Below are positions 38,364 through 47,736 of a stretch of DNA of 64,000 bases, piece after piece. The stretch is from positions 32,001-96,000 of the forward strand of contig JAQCIU010000007.1 in NCBI GenBank assembly GCA_027593235.1, read 5' to 3'. How positions within the stretch are numbered: the first letter of the stretch is position 1; every line of letters begins with the position of its first letter. The translations under genes and the position numbers were made by a program. The notes under the pieces were generated by a model. That model made no database searches. It was not told where the DNA came from and saw nothing but the letters and a program-made list of their open reading frames with translations. The DNA is from Chloroflexota bacterium (lineage in GTDB: Bacteria > Chloroflexota > Dehalococcoidia > UBA2979).

Positions 38364-38668
38364 GGGTCTACTCCTCGTTCGCCGGCCAGCGGCGCCCGCA
38401 CCGATCCATGCCTCGCTCCGGAGGAAGGCGGGCGGACCGAAATCGTAGCACGCAGGCGGACCCTGCTGGCCCCGCGATCAACCAGCGATCATCGGCCGAT
38501 CACGGGGCCAGCGAGACGGCTGACGAGACCGCCAAACCGCCGAGCAGCGCCGCGCGGGCAGGGCCGCAACACAGCGTCGAGGCGGTCGAATCAGGAGTCG
38601 CGTAGACTGCCCCAACGGTCGATCTCAGACCGCCGTCCCCACCTCTGTCGCTGCCACGGGAGTCCGAG

Positions 38669-40309
38669 TTGGCCCGTCCTTTGCGCGTTGCGCTCCTCCA
38701 ACTCGAGGCCCGAGAGCTCGCCGATCACGACCGCGCCTGGGGCGAGTTGTTGCGCGCGATCGATGAGGCGGCGCTCCAGGATCCCGAGCTGATCGTGCTC
38801 CCCGAGGCCAGCTACCCGGCCTACTTCCTGCAGTCACGCGAAGCCTACGAGGACGCCGCCGTCCATCCCGATCAGCAGGTGCTGAGCACCCTGGCCGCGC
38901 GCGCGAGCCAGCACGGCGTCTACCTGGCCGCCGGGCTGGTGCTGCGCGGCGCCAACGGCCTGGAAAACACCTGCGTCCTCTTTGACCCGGATGGGCACGA
39001 AGTCGGCCGTTACGTGAAGAGCTTCCTCTGGCACTTCGACCGGCGCTGGTTCCAGCCCGGCAGGCAATTCCCCGTCTTCGAGCTGACCTTCCCGCGTGCC
39101 GGTCGCGCGAGCGCCGGGATCCTGATCTGCTCCGATAGCCGCCTGGAGGAGATACCGCGCGCCTACGCAATCGAGGGCGCGCGACTGATCATCGATCCCA
39201 CCGCCTGGGTCTCCTCTGGCCGCGACCCGCAGCACCTCTCCAACCCGCAGATCGAGTTCCTGATGCCCGCCCGCGCCGTGGAGAACGGCACCTGGATCGT
39301 CTGTGCGGACAAGACCGGGAGCGAGGCCCACTCGGTGGTCTACGCCGGCCAATCCGGCGTGATTTCGCCGACCGGTGAGTGGGTCGTGCGCGCCCCCTCC
39401 TCCGGTGCCGGCATCGTGGTCTATGAGCTGGATCTCGACGCGGCGGCCGGCCCGCCGATCGCGCGCCGACCGGAGCTGTTTGGCGACCTCGGGATGACCG
39501 CCGATCTGTCGGAAGCGGCCCGGCTCGCGCGCGAACCGCTGATCGCGGAGGACGCCGCCGCTCGCGTCGGGGCCGCCGCGATGGACGCATCGCCCTCGGC
39601 GGTGGCACTCGTCGAGGGCGCACGCCAGCTCGTGCGCGCCGCCAGTACACAGGACGCCGCGATCGTCGTCCTCCCGGATCTCGCCGGCGCGGACACGCAC
39701 GCGGTCACCGAGCGGGAGACGCTGCCGTTGTTGGAGGCGCTGGCGCACGAATGCTCGACGATGATCGCGGTCGTGCTCGCGGAGCGGGTTGACGCCGCCA
39801 CGTTCAAAACGCAGTACCTGATCGACCCTTCGGGGGTGATCGCCTCGCACCGCCAGACGCACCTCTCCGACCGCGAGCGGCGAGCCGGATTCACGGCCGG
39901 CGATCGCCAGCCGCCGGTGATCGAAACCATCGTCGGACAGATCGGGCTCCTCGCGGGCGCCGAGGGGCTGGTCCCCGAACTGGCGCAATCGCTGAAGCTC
40001 CGCGGCAGCGAGCTGATCGCCTGGTCGGCAGGCGACATCGGGACGCCGCTCCGCACCTTCGCGCGGGCACGCGCCCTCGAACATCACTGTTATGTCGTGG
40101 CCGCTGGTGCCACCGGTGACGATGGTGGCGGCTACGTGATCGCTCCGGCGGGCGGGGTGCTCACGGAGACGCTCCCCCACCGCGCGATGGTGATGACGGC
40201 TGACATCAACCGGTTGCTGGCGCGCTGGAACGACATGGCCCCCGGTACCAACCCGATCCTCGATCGCGCGGCACTCCACGCTGGCACCGTCCAGCGCGCT
40301 GGACGCTAG
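38669..40309 (+). CDS. Carbon-nitrogen hydrolase with two nitrilase-fold domains
   Basis: Domain 1 has LPE/YVK/ICSD triad; domain 2 has LPD/HRQ/LAGAE (degenerate). Confidence 0.85.
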   Translation: MARPLRVALLQLEARELADHDRAWGELLRAIDEAALQDPELIVLPEASYPAYFLQSREAYEDAAVHPDQQVLSTLAARASQHGVYLAAGLVLRGANGLENTCVLFDPDGHEVGRYVKSFLWHFDRRWFQPGRQFPVFELTFPRAGRASAGILICSDSRLEEIPRAYAIEGARLIIDPTAWVSSGRDPQHLSNPQIEFLMPARAVENGTWIVCADKTGSEAHSVVYAGQSGVISPTGEWVVRAPSSGAGIVVYELDLDAAAGPPIARRPELFGDLGMTADLSEAARLAREPLIAEDAAARVGAAAMDASPSAVALVEGARQLVRAASTQDAAIVVLPDLAGADTHAVTERETLPLLEALAHECSTMIAVVLAERVDAATFKTQYLIDPSGVIASHRQTHLSDRERRAGFTAGDRQPPVIETIVGQIGLLAGAEGLVPELAQSLKLRGSELIAWSAGDIGTPLRTFARARALEHHCYVVAAGATGDDGGGYVIAPAGGVLTETLPHRAMVMTADINRLLARWNDMAPGTNPILDRAALHAGTVQRAGR

Positions 40310-40387
40310 CCGCGCGCGACGAACCTCCGCACTCCGGCCCCTCCCGAGCGGTCAGCGTCGCGCCCAACCTCGACGATCCGCAGCACG

Positions 40388-40435
40388 AGCCGAAGGCCCG
40401 TCAAGAGCCGAAGGCCCGTCGAGAGCCGAAGGCTC
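40388..40435. repeat. 18-bp tandem palindromic repeat between convergent genes
   Basis: GAGCCGAAGGCCCGTC(A/G)A x2 plus GAGCCGAAGGCTC. Confidence 0.8.
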
Positions 40436-40850
40436 AGTCGTCCCAGAGCTTGCGGCGGCTGGCGCAGTGCGCGCAGAGGACGGCGGTCACCTTCCGAGGC
40501 GGCAAGTAGCGCCGCTCCACGATCTGCATAGCCTTCAAGTGATCGTTGCAGAAGAGCAGGCGGCAGCGGCCGCATTCATGCTTCATCCGCGTCTGGCAGC
40601 CCTCGATCGCGCAGATCGAGACGCTGTTCGCGCCGCGCACGCGGGCGATCCACGCCTGGTGTGATTGGACGTCATCGAACTTCGCGCGACACTTGGGGCG
40701 GTCGCAGACCTCCAGGTAGTCCTCGCCGTGCATCCCGTGATCCTCGCAGAACGGATCACCGCAATAGACACACTGGCCCGTGGCGTCCACGCCACATGAA
40801 CCCCTCAAGAACCCCTTGCTGAACGAACAGGTCAACCCAACCTGGATCAT
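40434..40850 (-). CDS. Cys/His-rich zinc-finger protein with two CxxC-x3-FCxxH repeats
   Basis: CVYCGDPFCEDH and CGRCRLLFCNDH, extra Cx4C and CxxC motifs. Confidence 0.75.
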   Translation of the reverse strand: MIQVGLTCSFSKGFLRGSCGVDATGQCVYCGDPFCEDHGMHGEDYLEVCDRPKCRAKFDDVQSHQAWIARVRGANSVSICAIEGCQTRMKHECGRCRLLFCNDHLKAMQIVERRYLPPRKVTAVLCAHCASRRKLWDD

Positions 40851-40936
40851 TGGAGCAATCCCCGTGCGCGTCGCTATCCGCCCATTCTGGCATGGGCGCG
40901 CAAGCCCGGCGTACGGGATCTCACTGATCCCTGCGT

Positions 40937-41878
40937 CTAGGGCGAACGCCTGATGATCGCGCCGGTCGCGCTCCCCACCTGCAACTCACGAAGGAACGAG
41001 GCCGTGCGCACATCGACGATCGAGATCGCTCCACCCACCACGTCGCTCACGTAGAGCTGGTGGCCAGACGCGTCGAATACGAGGCCGTCCGGCACCCCGG
41101 CAACATCGACGCGACGTACCTCGCCAGAGCGATCGACGAGCGCGACCGCACCGGCCGCCGACAGCGCGACGGCGATCAGTTGGCCGTCCGGCGAAAACAG
41201 CACGCGCACCGGGCGCCCAGCGAGGGTGACCCGCAGCTCCTCGTCACCATGCGCGTCGAACAGCTGGAACTGGCCGCCAACGGCCCCCGCCGTCGCGATC
41301 GCACCATCCGCGGCGACGGACACCGTCTCCGGCAACGCCGACACCGGGAGTGCGCGATCCCCGAAACGCAGCGCGTTGTCGCGGGCGGCGGCGACCACGA
41401 GGCGGCCGTCCGCCGTCAGCGCAATCGCGTGCGGCCAGTCGCCCGTGGCGCTCGCCGGCAGCTCGCCCCAGCCATCGAGGGCGAAGCGTCGGATCTGGTT
41501 CGTCGCGCGATCGGTCACGAGCAGCGTCGAGCCCTCGAGCGCGAGTCCGTGCGGCGTGCCGCCGACGGCGATCTCCGTGACCTCGGCAGTGTCGAGGTTC
41601 ACCACAGCAAGCAGGCCACGCTGCTCGATCGAGACGGCCACGCGGCCGTCCGGGAGCGTCAGCAGCTCGTGCGCCCCGCCGGGAAGCGGGATCCGCGCGC
41701 TGACGACGCCGTCCTCGGGGTTGACGAGCAACAGCTCATCGGCCCGCAGATCGGCGACCACCAGCGTGGTTGGCGGCTCGGCGGCAATCACGCGATCGAG
41801 GGTGGGCCTGGCGATCAGCAGCGCGAGTACCGCCAGCGGGAACCAGATCGGGATACCGCCGGAGCGTGGGGCCGTCAC
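40937..41878 (-). CDS. YncE/YVTN-like beta-propeller protein, exported
   Basis: N-terminal hydrophobic segment; repeated G.PH/PxGL blades. Confidence 0.78.
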   Translation of the reverse strand: MTAPRSGGIPIWFPLAVLALLIARPTLDRVIAAEPPTTLVVADLRADELLLVNPEDGVVSARIPLPGGAHELLTLPDGRVAVSIEQRGLLAVVNLDTAEVTEIAVGGTPHGLALEGSTLLVTDRATNQIRRFALDGWGELPASATGDWPHAIALTADGRLVVAAARDNALRFGDRALPVSALPETVSVAADGAIATAGAVGGQFQLFDAHGDEELRVTLAGRPVRVLFSPDGQLIAVALSAAGAVALVDRSGEVRRVDVAGVPDGLVFDASGHQLYVSDVVGGAISIVDVRTASFLRELQVGSATGAIIRRSP

Positions 41879-43281
41879 TACGCGGACTTCTTCGCAGCCT
41901 CGAGTTCGGCCAGCAAGCGGCGTGCGTCGGAGAGGCGTTCGCGCGCCATCCGTTCCAGACCGCTCTGCTTTTTCGAACCCGGGAAACGGGTCGCCGTCGA
42001 TCCCGTGTCGTTGGACGCAAGCACCAGTTGATCGCCGGACGGTTCGTAGTACGCCGTCACGCCGGCGGTCGACTGGTTGATCCGCGTCATCAGCTTGGAG
42101 AGCGAATCCGTCGCCGTGTCGTAATCGAACGAGACGCCATTGATCTCGAACGTCCCTGTCGCGATCGGCTGTGTGGCGAAGCGTGCGGTGAGGATCGGCT
42201 CGCCGATCAGCGTGCCACCCATCCCGCTAACACCATCCCGGGTGGTCGTTCCAGGCGACGCCAGCAGGTTGGTCGCTTTCAAGAAGTTGCTGGAATCGCT
42301 GCCGGCGCCCAGCAGCACGGACTGGGCGCCGTTCACCGGATCGTCCGCGATCCGCAGGATGTTCGGTCGTCCGGACGCGTCGTTTTCGATACTCGCGATC
42401 ACACCTGCGCCGGCGACGTTGATCATCAGCACGACATCGTCGAGCGAAATGAGGCTGGTGCCGTCAACTTCGACACCGACCTTCGCGCCGCCGCCGTCCA
42501 GCAACTCCACGGATTCCAGGAAGTTGCCGGTGGTGTCACTCAACGTGATCAGCCCCGGGCCGTTCGTCTTGTTGACGAGCGTGAAGGTGTCGGTCGCCGA
42601 ATCGAACGAGGCGGTGACGCCTGCCGCGGACTGGTTGACGCGCGTGATCACGCCGTTCAACGTGTCCACGGCCGCATCGAAGTTGATCGTCACGCCGTTG
42701 ATGACGAACGACCCGGTGACCGGCGTCACGTCGAAGCCGGCCGTTGCGAGAATCGCCGTCCCACTGTCACCGGTGCCAATCGCGCTGGCGCTTGCCAGGC
42801 TGGCGCCGGTCGCGGCCGCGACCGTGAATTCCGTGCTGTTGATGGTGAAGGTACCCGGCACGAAGGCTTTGCCGAAGCCCGCTTGATCGAGCGGGACGGC
42901 GGAATCGATCGCCGCGCCCACCGCAACGTCGCTACGCGCGCGCGTCGCCGTCGCGATCTGAGTCACGGCCAGCTTGAAGCTGCCCAGGGCCGCGCTGCCG
43001 TTCGCGGTGGCCAGCACCTTGCCGGCGTCCTGGGTCTGCGCCAGCACGCTCGTCCCCTGGGTCGCGAAGGTGGAGGTCTTGGTGAGCGCTTCCGCCTTTC
43101 CGGCCAGCGAACTGAGCGACGAACCAACCGCCTGAAGCGCGTTTCGCTTCTGCTGCTGGGCCTCACGGCGAAGCTCTTGCGTACCGATCGGCCGCCGCTG
43201 GATGTCCATCAGCGCGGTAATGATCGCGTTGGTATCCAGTCCTGAGGCCAGGCCGCCGAAGGTGATGCGGTTCTGAACCAC
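41878..43281 (-). CDS. fliD: Flagellar filament cap FliD, C-terminally truncated and fused to a non-FliD tail
   Basis: GLASGLDTNAIITALM N-terminus, repeated IN insert domains; no C-terminal FliD helices. Confidence 0.8.
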   Translation of the reverse strand: MVQNRITFGGLASGLDTNAIITALMDIQRRPIGTQELRREAQQQKRNALQAVGSSLSSLAGKAEALTKTSTFATQGTSVLAQTQDAGKVLATANGSAALGSFKLAVTQIATATRARSDVAVGAAIDSAVPLDQAGFGKAFVPGTFTINSTEFTVAAATGASLASASAIGTGDSGTAILATAGFDVTPVTGSFVINGVTINFDAAVDTLNGVITRVNQSAAGVTASFDSATDTFTLVNKTNGPGLITLSDTTGNFLESVELLDGGGAKVGVEVDGTSLISLDDVVLMINVAGAGVIASIENDASGRPNILRIADDPVNGAQSVLLGAGSDSSNFLKATNLLASPGTTTRDGVSGMGGTLIGEPILTARFATQPIATGTFEINGVSFDYDTATDSLSKLMTRINQSTAGVTAYYEPSGDQLVLASNDTGSTATRFPGSKKQSGLERMARERLSDARRLLAELEAAKKSA

Positions 43282-43289
43282 GGAAACCC

Positions 43290-43652
43290 CTAGGAAGACA
43301 CCCGGAGCAGGAGTCCCGGGGGGAGGCCGGTATCCTCGGCGAGTGCCTTCAACTCCTCGGGCGTGATCAACGCCACGGTCTCGTTTCGGGAGCGGTCGGT
43401 GATCCGGATCAGCGGTTCACCCTCGGAACCCAGTTCGAATCGCGCGGTCAACGACTCGCCGCGATCGGATTCCGAAAGCGCGACCGCCAACTCCTCGGCG
43501 CCTGGCGCTCGCTCTGCGTGCGGTTCCGGCTCGTGCCCAGGACCGCGACCGCCGGAGCCAGCATCATGTGACACCGCTACCGGGCGCTCTGCTGATGCGT
43601 CGGTGTGCTGAATGCGTAGATCGGCCACAACCTCTGCTCCCGGCTCCATCAT
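43290..43652 (-). CDS. FlaG-like small flagellar protein
   Basis: IRITDRSRNETVALITPEEL...GLLL; directly upstream of fliD; start may be GTG 43628. Confidence 0.6.
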   Translation of the reverse strand: MMEPGAEVVADLRIQHTDASAERPVAVSHDAGSGGRGPGHEPEPHAERAPGAEELAVALSESDRGESLTARFELGSEGEPLIRITDRSRNETVALITPEELKALAEDTGLPPGLLLRVSS

Positions 43653-43744
43653 CGGGAGCCGGAGGGCAGGTCCGCACTGGGGAACACGCTCAGTCAGGGA
43701 ATCAACAACCCCGCCGTAGCCCCGTGAATCGGCGGCTCCTGGAC

Positions 43745-44908
43745 CTAGTTCGTCCCGCGACCCACCTGGATCTGCACGATCACGCTATTCAGGTCCTGAT
43801 CGGATTCGAACTGATCGATGTTCGCGACACCCACCATGTTGTTCGGGATGTGCTCGAAATTCAGTAACGTCCCGAACCCCTGCGCCTCATCTCCGGTCAG
43901 CTCCCAACCCGCCGAGGCCAGCGCGTCGCGGTACTGCTGAGCGACCTCGGTCCCCGAGCGCGGCGTGACCATCGTCACTTGGTAGATGTCGCCGGTCGGC
44001 TGGTTGTTCCACGTCACCTCGACGACAGTCAGATCGTCGATCACGAGGAAATCGGCCGGAAATCCCTCGGGCAGCGGACGCGCCGCCGGGATCGCGAACA
44101 CCGGATCCTCCACTACCGCCGGGGACTGAATCGTCAGCCGGTAGAGCACCGCGGATCGTGGTTCGTCGCCTCGTCCGAGCGCTCGATAGCCCGTGAACAG
44201 ATCGAGTGCGCTCACCACCGGCATTTCGCCAACGGCGGTGATCACGTCACCCTCCTGAAGTTGCCGATCGGAGAGCACCTGCGTGACCTCCAGCCCATCC
44301 GAAAGCTCCCGGAAGCGCGCATCGATCTCCGGGATGAATGCCCCTCGAGGCAGCTCCAGCTCCAACGTCTGATCGCCCCGCCGCACCGTCACACTGAAGG
44401 TCGGGGTCGCCGGCAGTGACTGCACGGTCGCAAAGCCCTCGATGTCGCCGGAGCGCGTGCTCTGGAAACTGATCGCCGCGAACAGTTCGTTCGACTGACC
44501 GCCGGTTACCTGCCACGGCGTCTCATCGAGGAGCTGGCGCAACGTCTCCTCAATCGCCGTGTCCACGAATGGCACGTCGTACGAGAGCCAGATCTCGTTC
44601 GTCCCGTCTCGCCGGCGGACGTGGTACGAACCGATCAGCACGCCGTCCGCAGGGACCGGCACCGCAATGATGTCCGCGTCTGGCGTGTCCTCGGTCATCC
44701 CGGGGTTCAGCAGCTCCGCGAGGTCAGGCGGCAACGCCGCGTCGTAGACGAAGAGGCTGGACCCGAAATCGCGGACCTCGAACAGTCGCAGGTAGCGATC
44801 GCCGACGCTCGATCCGGCCGTACCGTCCGGCGTGGCGTCCGATCCACCGCAGGCCAGCGCCAACAGCACCGGGACAACAACGAGGATGGAGAGCCAGCGG
44901 AGACGCAC
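43745..44908 (-). CDS. Lipoprotein with PDZ-like domain
   Basis: Lipobox ALAC; LQEGDVITAVG. Confidence 0.7.
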   Translation of the reverse strand: MRLRWLSILVVVPVLLALACGGSDATPDGTAGSSVGDRYLRLFEVRDFGSSLFVYDAALPPDLAELLNPGMTEDTPDADIIAVPVPADGVLIGSYHVRRRDGTNEIWLSYDVPFVDTAIEETLRQLLDETPWQVTGGQSNELFAAISFQSTRSGDIEGFATVQSLPATPTFSVTVRRGDQTLELELPRGAFIPEIDARFRELSDGLEVTQVLSDRQLQEGDVITAVGEMPVVSALDLFTGYRALGRGDEPRSAVLYRLTIQSPAVVEDPVFAIPAARPLPEGFPADFLVIDDLTVVEVTWNNQPTGDIYQVTMVTPRSGTEVAQQYRDALASAGWELTGDEAQGFGTLLNFEHIPNNMVGVANIDQFESDQDLNSVIVQIQVGRGTN

Positions 44909-45072
44909 AGGCGGACCTTTCGCGGTGTGGGAGCGGGAATCGTAGCACCGCGAGGAGGACCGACCGGAAACGGATCGCGCGACGGTGAGTCGGCGGACGT
45001 CAACGCGTCAGCCAAGGACGGTCACCGCTCAGAGCACAAGCGACACGGAGTTATCGGCCGGAGGGGGTTCGA

Positions 45073-45149
45073 TGGGGTGGGTGAGGGGACTTGAACCCCC
45101 GATCTCCAGGGCCACAACCTGGCGCCTTAACCACTAGGCCACACCCACC
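45073..45149 (-). tRNA. tRNA-His (GTG)
   Basis: GGTGGGTG...TT-GTG-GC...GGTTCAAGTCC...CACCCACCCCA; G-1:C73 pair and encoded CCA. Confidence 0.97.
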
Positions 45150-45223
45150 ATCGAGACACGCCGGTGGGCAACCCTCCGACGCGTCGGCGATCGTAGCATT
45201 CGCGGTGAGACCGGACTATGCGT

Positions 45224-46324
45224 CTAGAGCGGAAGAACGTATCGACGAGGGTCGAGCGAGCGTCCCTCGTAGCTGATCCCCAGACGGAGCTGCGCGTTCT
45301 GTTCAGCCGCTCCCGGCAGCGTGCCCAGCAGCTCGCCACGCTGAACCGTATCGCCGGCCGCGAGTCCCACCTCGCCAAGACCGAACAACGAGGTCCGCCA
45401 GCCGTTCCCGTGATCCAGCAACACCGAGTGGAATCCGCCGATGCGATCGACCGAGACCACCTGCGCCGCCGAGGGCGCTCGCACCTCGCTGCCACCATTC
45501 GCGAAGTAGTCCAGCCAAGTCGGGCCGCTGCTCGTACTGGTCGCCTGGACCGGCGTGCTCAGCACGCCACCCGGCCCGCGCCCGCCGAACACCGCTACCT
45601 CCGAGGGCGCGACGGGATCGTAGCGAGGCACATCCGACCCCAGGATCGCGTTCAGATAGTCCTTCGTCTCCGCCGGCAGCGCCTGTTCCCACTGATCGCC
45701 GTGTGCCTCGACCAGCGATCGCACGCGGCCGAGTCCCGCGTTGTAGGACGCCAGCGCTTTCCGCACGTCGCCATCCCACGCCGTCAGGTAATGCCGCATC
45801 GTTTCCGCGCCGGCCTTCAACCCGGCCTCCGGATTCGCGCGATCCACGCTCGGGTAATACTGCGGCATCAGTTGCGCGATGCCCTCGGCACCCGCCGTCG
45901 AGACGCGCTCGCCGAACACGACGTCCGGCGAGAACCCGGACTCCTGGCCGATCTGACGCTCGAACAACCAGCCGTAGCCGGGCCCAATCACCTGCTCCGC
46001 GGTGTCGCGTGCCATGGCGCGCCAGCCGTACGGATCGTCTACGTCGCCCGTCGCGTACTTCGCCGCCAGCGCAGCCACGTCCCGTGACTGCCGGCCGCCT
46101 GACGAGGTGATTGGAAGCTCGCTGCCGGCCGGGGCGAACAGCGCGCCACCGCCGCGCAGTGCGGCGATCTCCGCGCGCACGCTCGCGATCTCGCTCCGGG
46201 GCCGGTCCAGGTGGCGCGTCAGTACCGCCGCGAACTGATCGATCGCCGGCGAACCCGCCGGACGCGCGGATACCGCCTCGGAGCTACGAGGTTCGCTTGT
46301 GCCGCTGATCGAATCGATTGCCAT
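45224..46324 (-). CDS. Lytic transglycosylase (SLT) plus M23-like domain
   Basis: QESGF, GIAQLMP, ASYNAG, ETKDY; M23-like C-terminus lacking HxxxD/HxH ligands. Confidence 0.85.
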   Translation of the reverse strand: MAIDSISGTSEPRSSEAVSARPAGSPAIDQFAAVLTRHLDRPRSEIASVRAEIAALRGGGALFAPAGSELPITSSGGRQSRDVAALAAKYATGDVDDPYGWRAMARDTAEQVIGPGYGWLFERQIGQESGFSPDVVFGERVSTAGAEGIAQLMPQYYPSVDRANPEAGLKAGAETMRHYLTAWDGDVRKALASYNAGLGRVRSLVEAHGDQWEQALPAETKDYLNAILGSDVPRYDPVAPSEVAVFGGRGPGGVLSTPVQATSTSSGPTWLDYFANGGSEVRAPSAAQVVSVDRIGGFHSVLLDHGNGWRTSLFGLGEVGLAAGDTVQRGELLGTLPGAAEQNAQLRLGISYEGRSLDPRRYVLPL

Positions 46325-46449
46325 CGCACCACCCTGGATGCGATCGCAGCCTAGGACCGGCGGGAGACGTTGCGTATGAGGGATGACCCGCGGACCGCGG
46401 ATCGGCGCGTCGCCAGCGACGGGGTTGCGCTTGGCCTCGCTAGGCCCCG

Positions 46450-46953
46450 CTAGGCCTCGTCGCCAAGCAGCCGGTAGCGCCCGCGATGGAACAACAGCGG
46501 CGCGAGGTCGGGGGCGCCGAAGCCAACGGCGGTCGCCTCGCCGATCACAATCATGTGATCGCCACCCGGCAGCCGCTCCATGATCCGGCATTCCGCGTAA
46601 CCCAGCGTGCCCTCCAACAGCGGCACGCCGCTCTCCCCGGTGCGGTACGCGAAGCCGCCCATCGGCTCCTCGGGCGCGCCATGCTTGGCGAAGAGATCGG
46701 AGATTGGCCGCTGATCGGCGGCAAGGATGTTCACACCGAATCCGTCCGCGTCCACGAACAGATCGTGCATCGATCCCGTCTGCTGCACGCACACCACCAC
46801 CAGTGGCGGATCGAGGGACAACGACAGCACCGCGTTTGCCGTCATCCCGCGTGGCTCGCCGTCAACATGCAAGGTGACGACCGTGACGCCGGTCGCGAAT
46901 GCGCCCATCACGTCACGGAACTGGCGCTGATCGACCGCGCTCTGCTCACTCAT
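46450..46953 (-). CDS. Flavin reductase family protein
   Basis: FATGVTVVT, SLSLDPPLV, GGDH. Confidence 0.93.
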   Translation of the reverse strand: MSEQSAVDQRQFRDVMGAFATGVTVVTLHVDGEPRGMTANAVLSLSLDPPLVVVCVQQTGSMHDLFVDADGFGVNILAADQRPISDLFAKHGAPEEPMGGFAYRTGESGVPLLEGTLGYAECRIMERLPGGDHMIVIGEATAVGFGAPDLAPLLFHRGRYRLLGDEA

Positions 46954-47097
46954 CGGGTTGGCCCTCTCGTTCGCCTGGCACTGCCCGTGGAGCCGCACCT
47001 TACCTGCGCGGATGGCCTGTCGCCTAGGCCTGCCGGGACGACCGGTCGCGTAGCAGATTCGCGTGCGGAATGCTGACGCCGTGCAACGGACCGGGGG

Positions 47098-47361
47098 TCA
47101 ACTGGCATGGCTCTCGGACGGGTCCTCGGACGATCGCGCGGGACGACCACGCTCCGCGATCAGGTACGCCAGCCGGCCGCGGAGGTGGTCGGTGCATACG
47201 CCGCAGACCTGCACATCACGCAGCCGGGAACGATCGGGCGTCACCCGGATCTGGGACTCTCCGTAAACGAACGCCCCACGCGAGTACTGGACCTGCGTCA
47301 CTTGCCCCTCGATCGTCGCGAGGCAGAGATCGCAGCCGAAGTACCCGCTCGCCGTGCTCAC
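47098..47361 (-). CDS. Small CxxC...CxxC protein
   Basis: CDLC...CGVC; GTG start overlaps upstream TGA. Confidence 0.6.
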   Translation of the reverse strand: MSTASGYFGCDLCLATIEGQVTQVQYSRGAFVYGESQIRVTPDRSRLRDVQVCGVCTDHLRGRLAYLIAERGRPARSSEDPSESHAS

Positions 47362-47597
47362 GAGAGCGCCCCGTGCTCGGCGGTATCTGCCTGTCGTGCC
47401 ATCGCCCGCCCCACCAGTTCGCCAAACCCGTGCTCGAAGTACCGCGCGCACGTGCGGCAGAGCAGGTACTGGTCCAGCCCATCGGGAACCGGGAAGAGGC
47501 GCCCCTGCCCATCGACGACAAACGGGCGGAACGTCACCCCCACCAGGTTGCCTTGCATCCGGTAGCCGCAGGCCGCACAGGGGATCGAGAGCGCCAT
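47358..47597 (-). CDS. Small CxxC...CxxC protein
   Basis: CAAC...CRTC; SD GAGGAG. Confidence 0.65.
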   Translation of the reverse strand: MALSIPCAACGYRMQGNLVGVTFRPFVVDGQGRLFPVPDGLDQYLLCRTCARYFEHGFGELVGRAMARQADTAEHGALS

Positions 47598-47736
47598 GAT
47601 CTGACTCCTCTGCTGATCGTCGGCAGCGGATCATCAGGCTGATGCGGAACTCCCCCAATACGCCCCGCCGGCCGTCAACCGCCCCCACGGATCGCGGGCC
47701 TCCTTCGCTTGCACGTCGTCGACCCGTACGCTGGCT

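Noticed and set aside
38376-38660. T-box leader for the CysRS-like gene
   Set aside because: No GGTGGNACC T-box consensus; only a GC-rich hairpin. This is consistent with a non-aaRS role.
44990-45075. Genomic island integrated at tRNA-His (or tRNA-Sec)
   Set aside because: I saw no integrase, no duplicated tRNA 3' end and no compositional shift.
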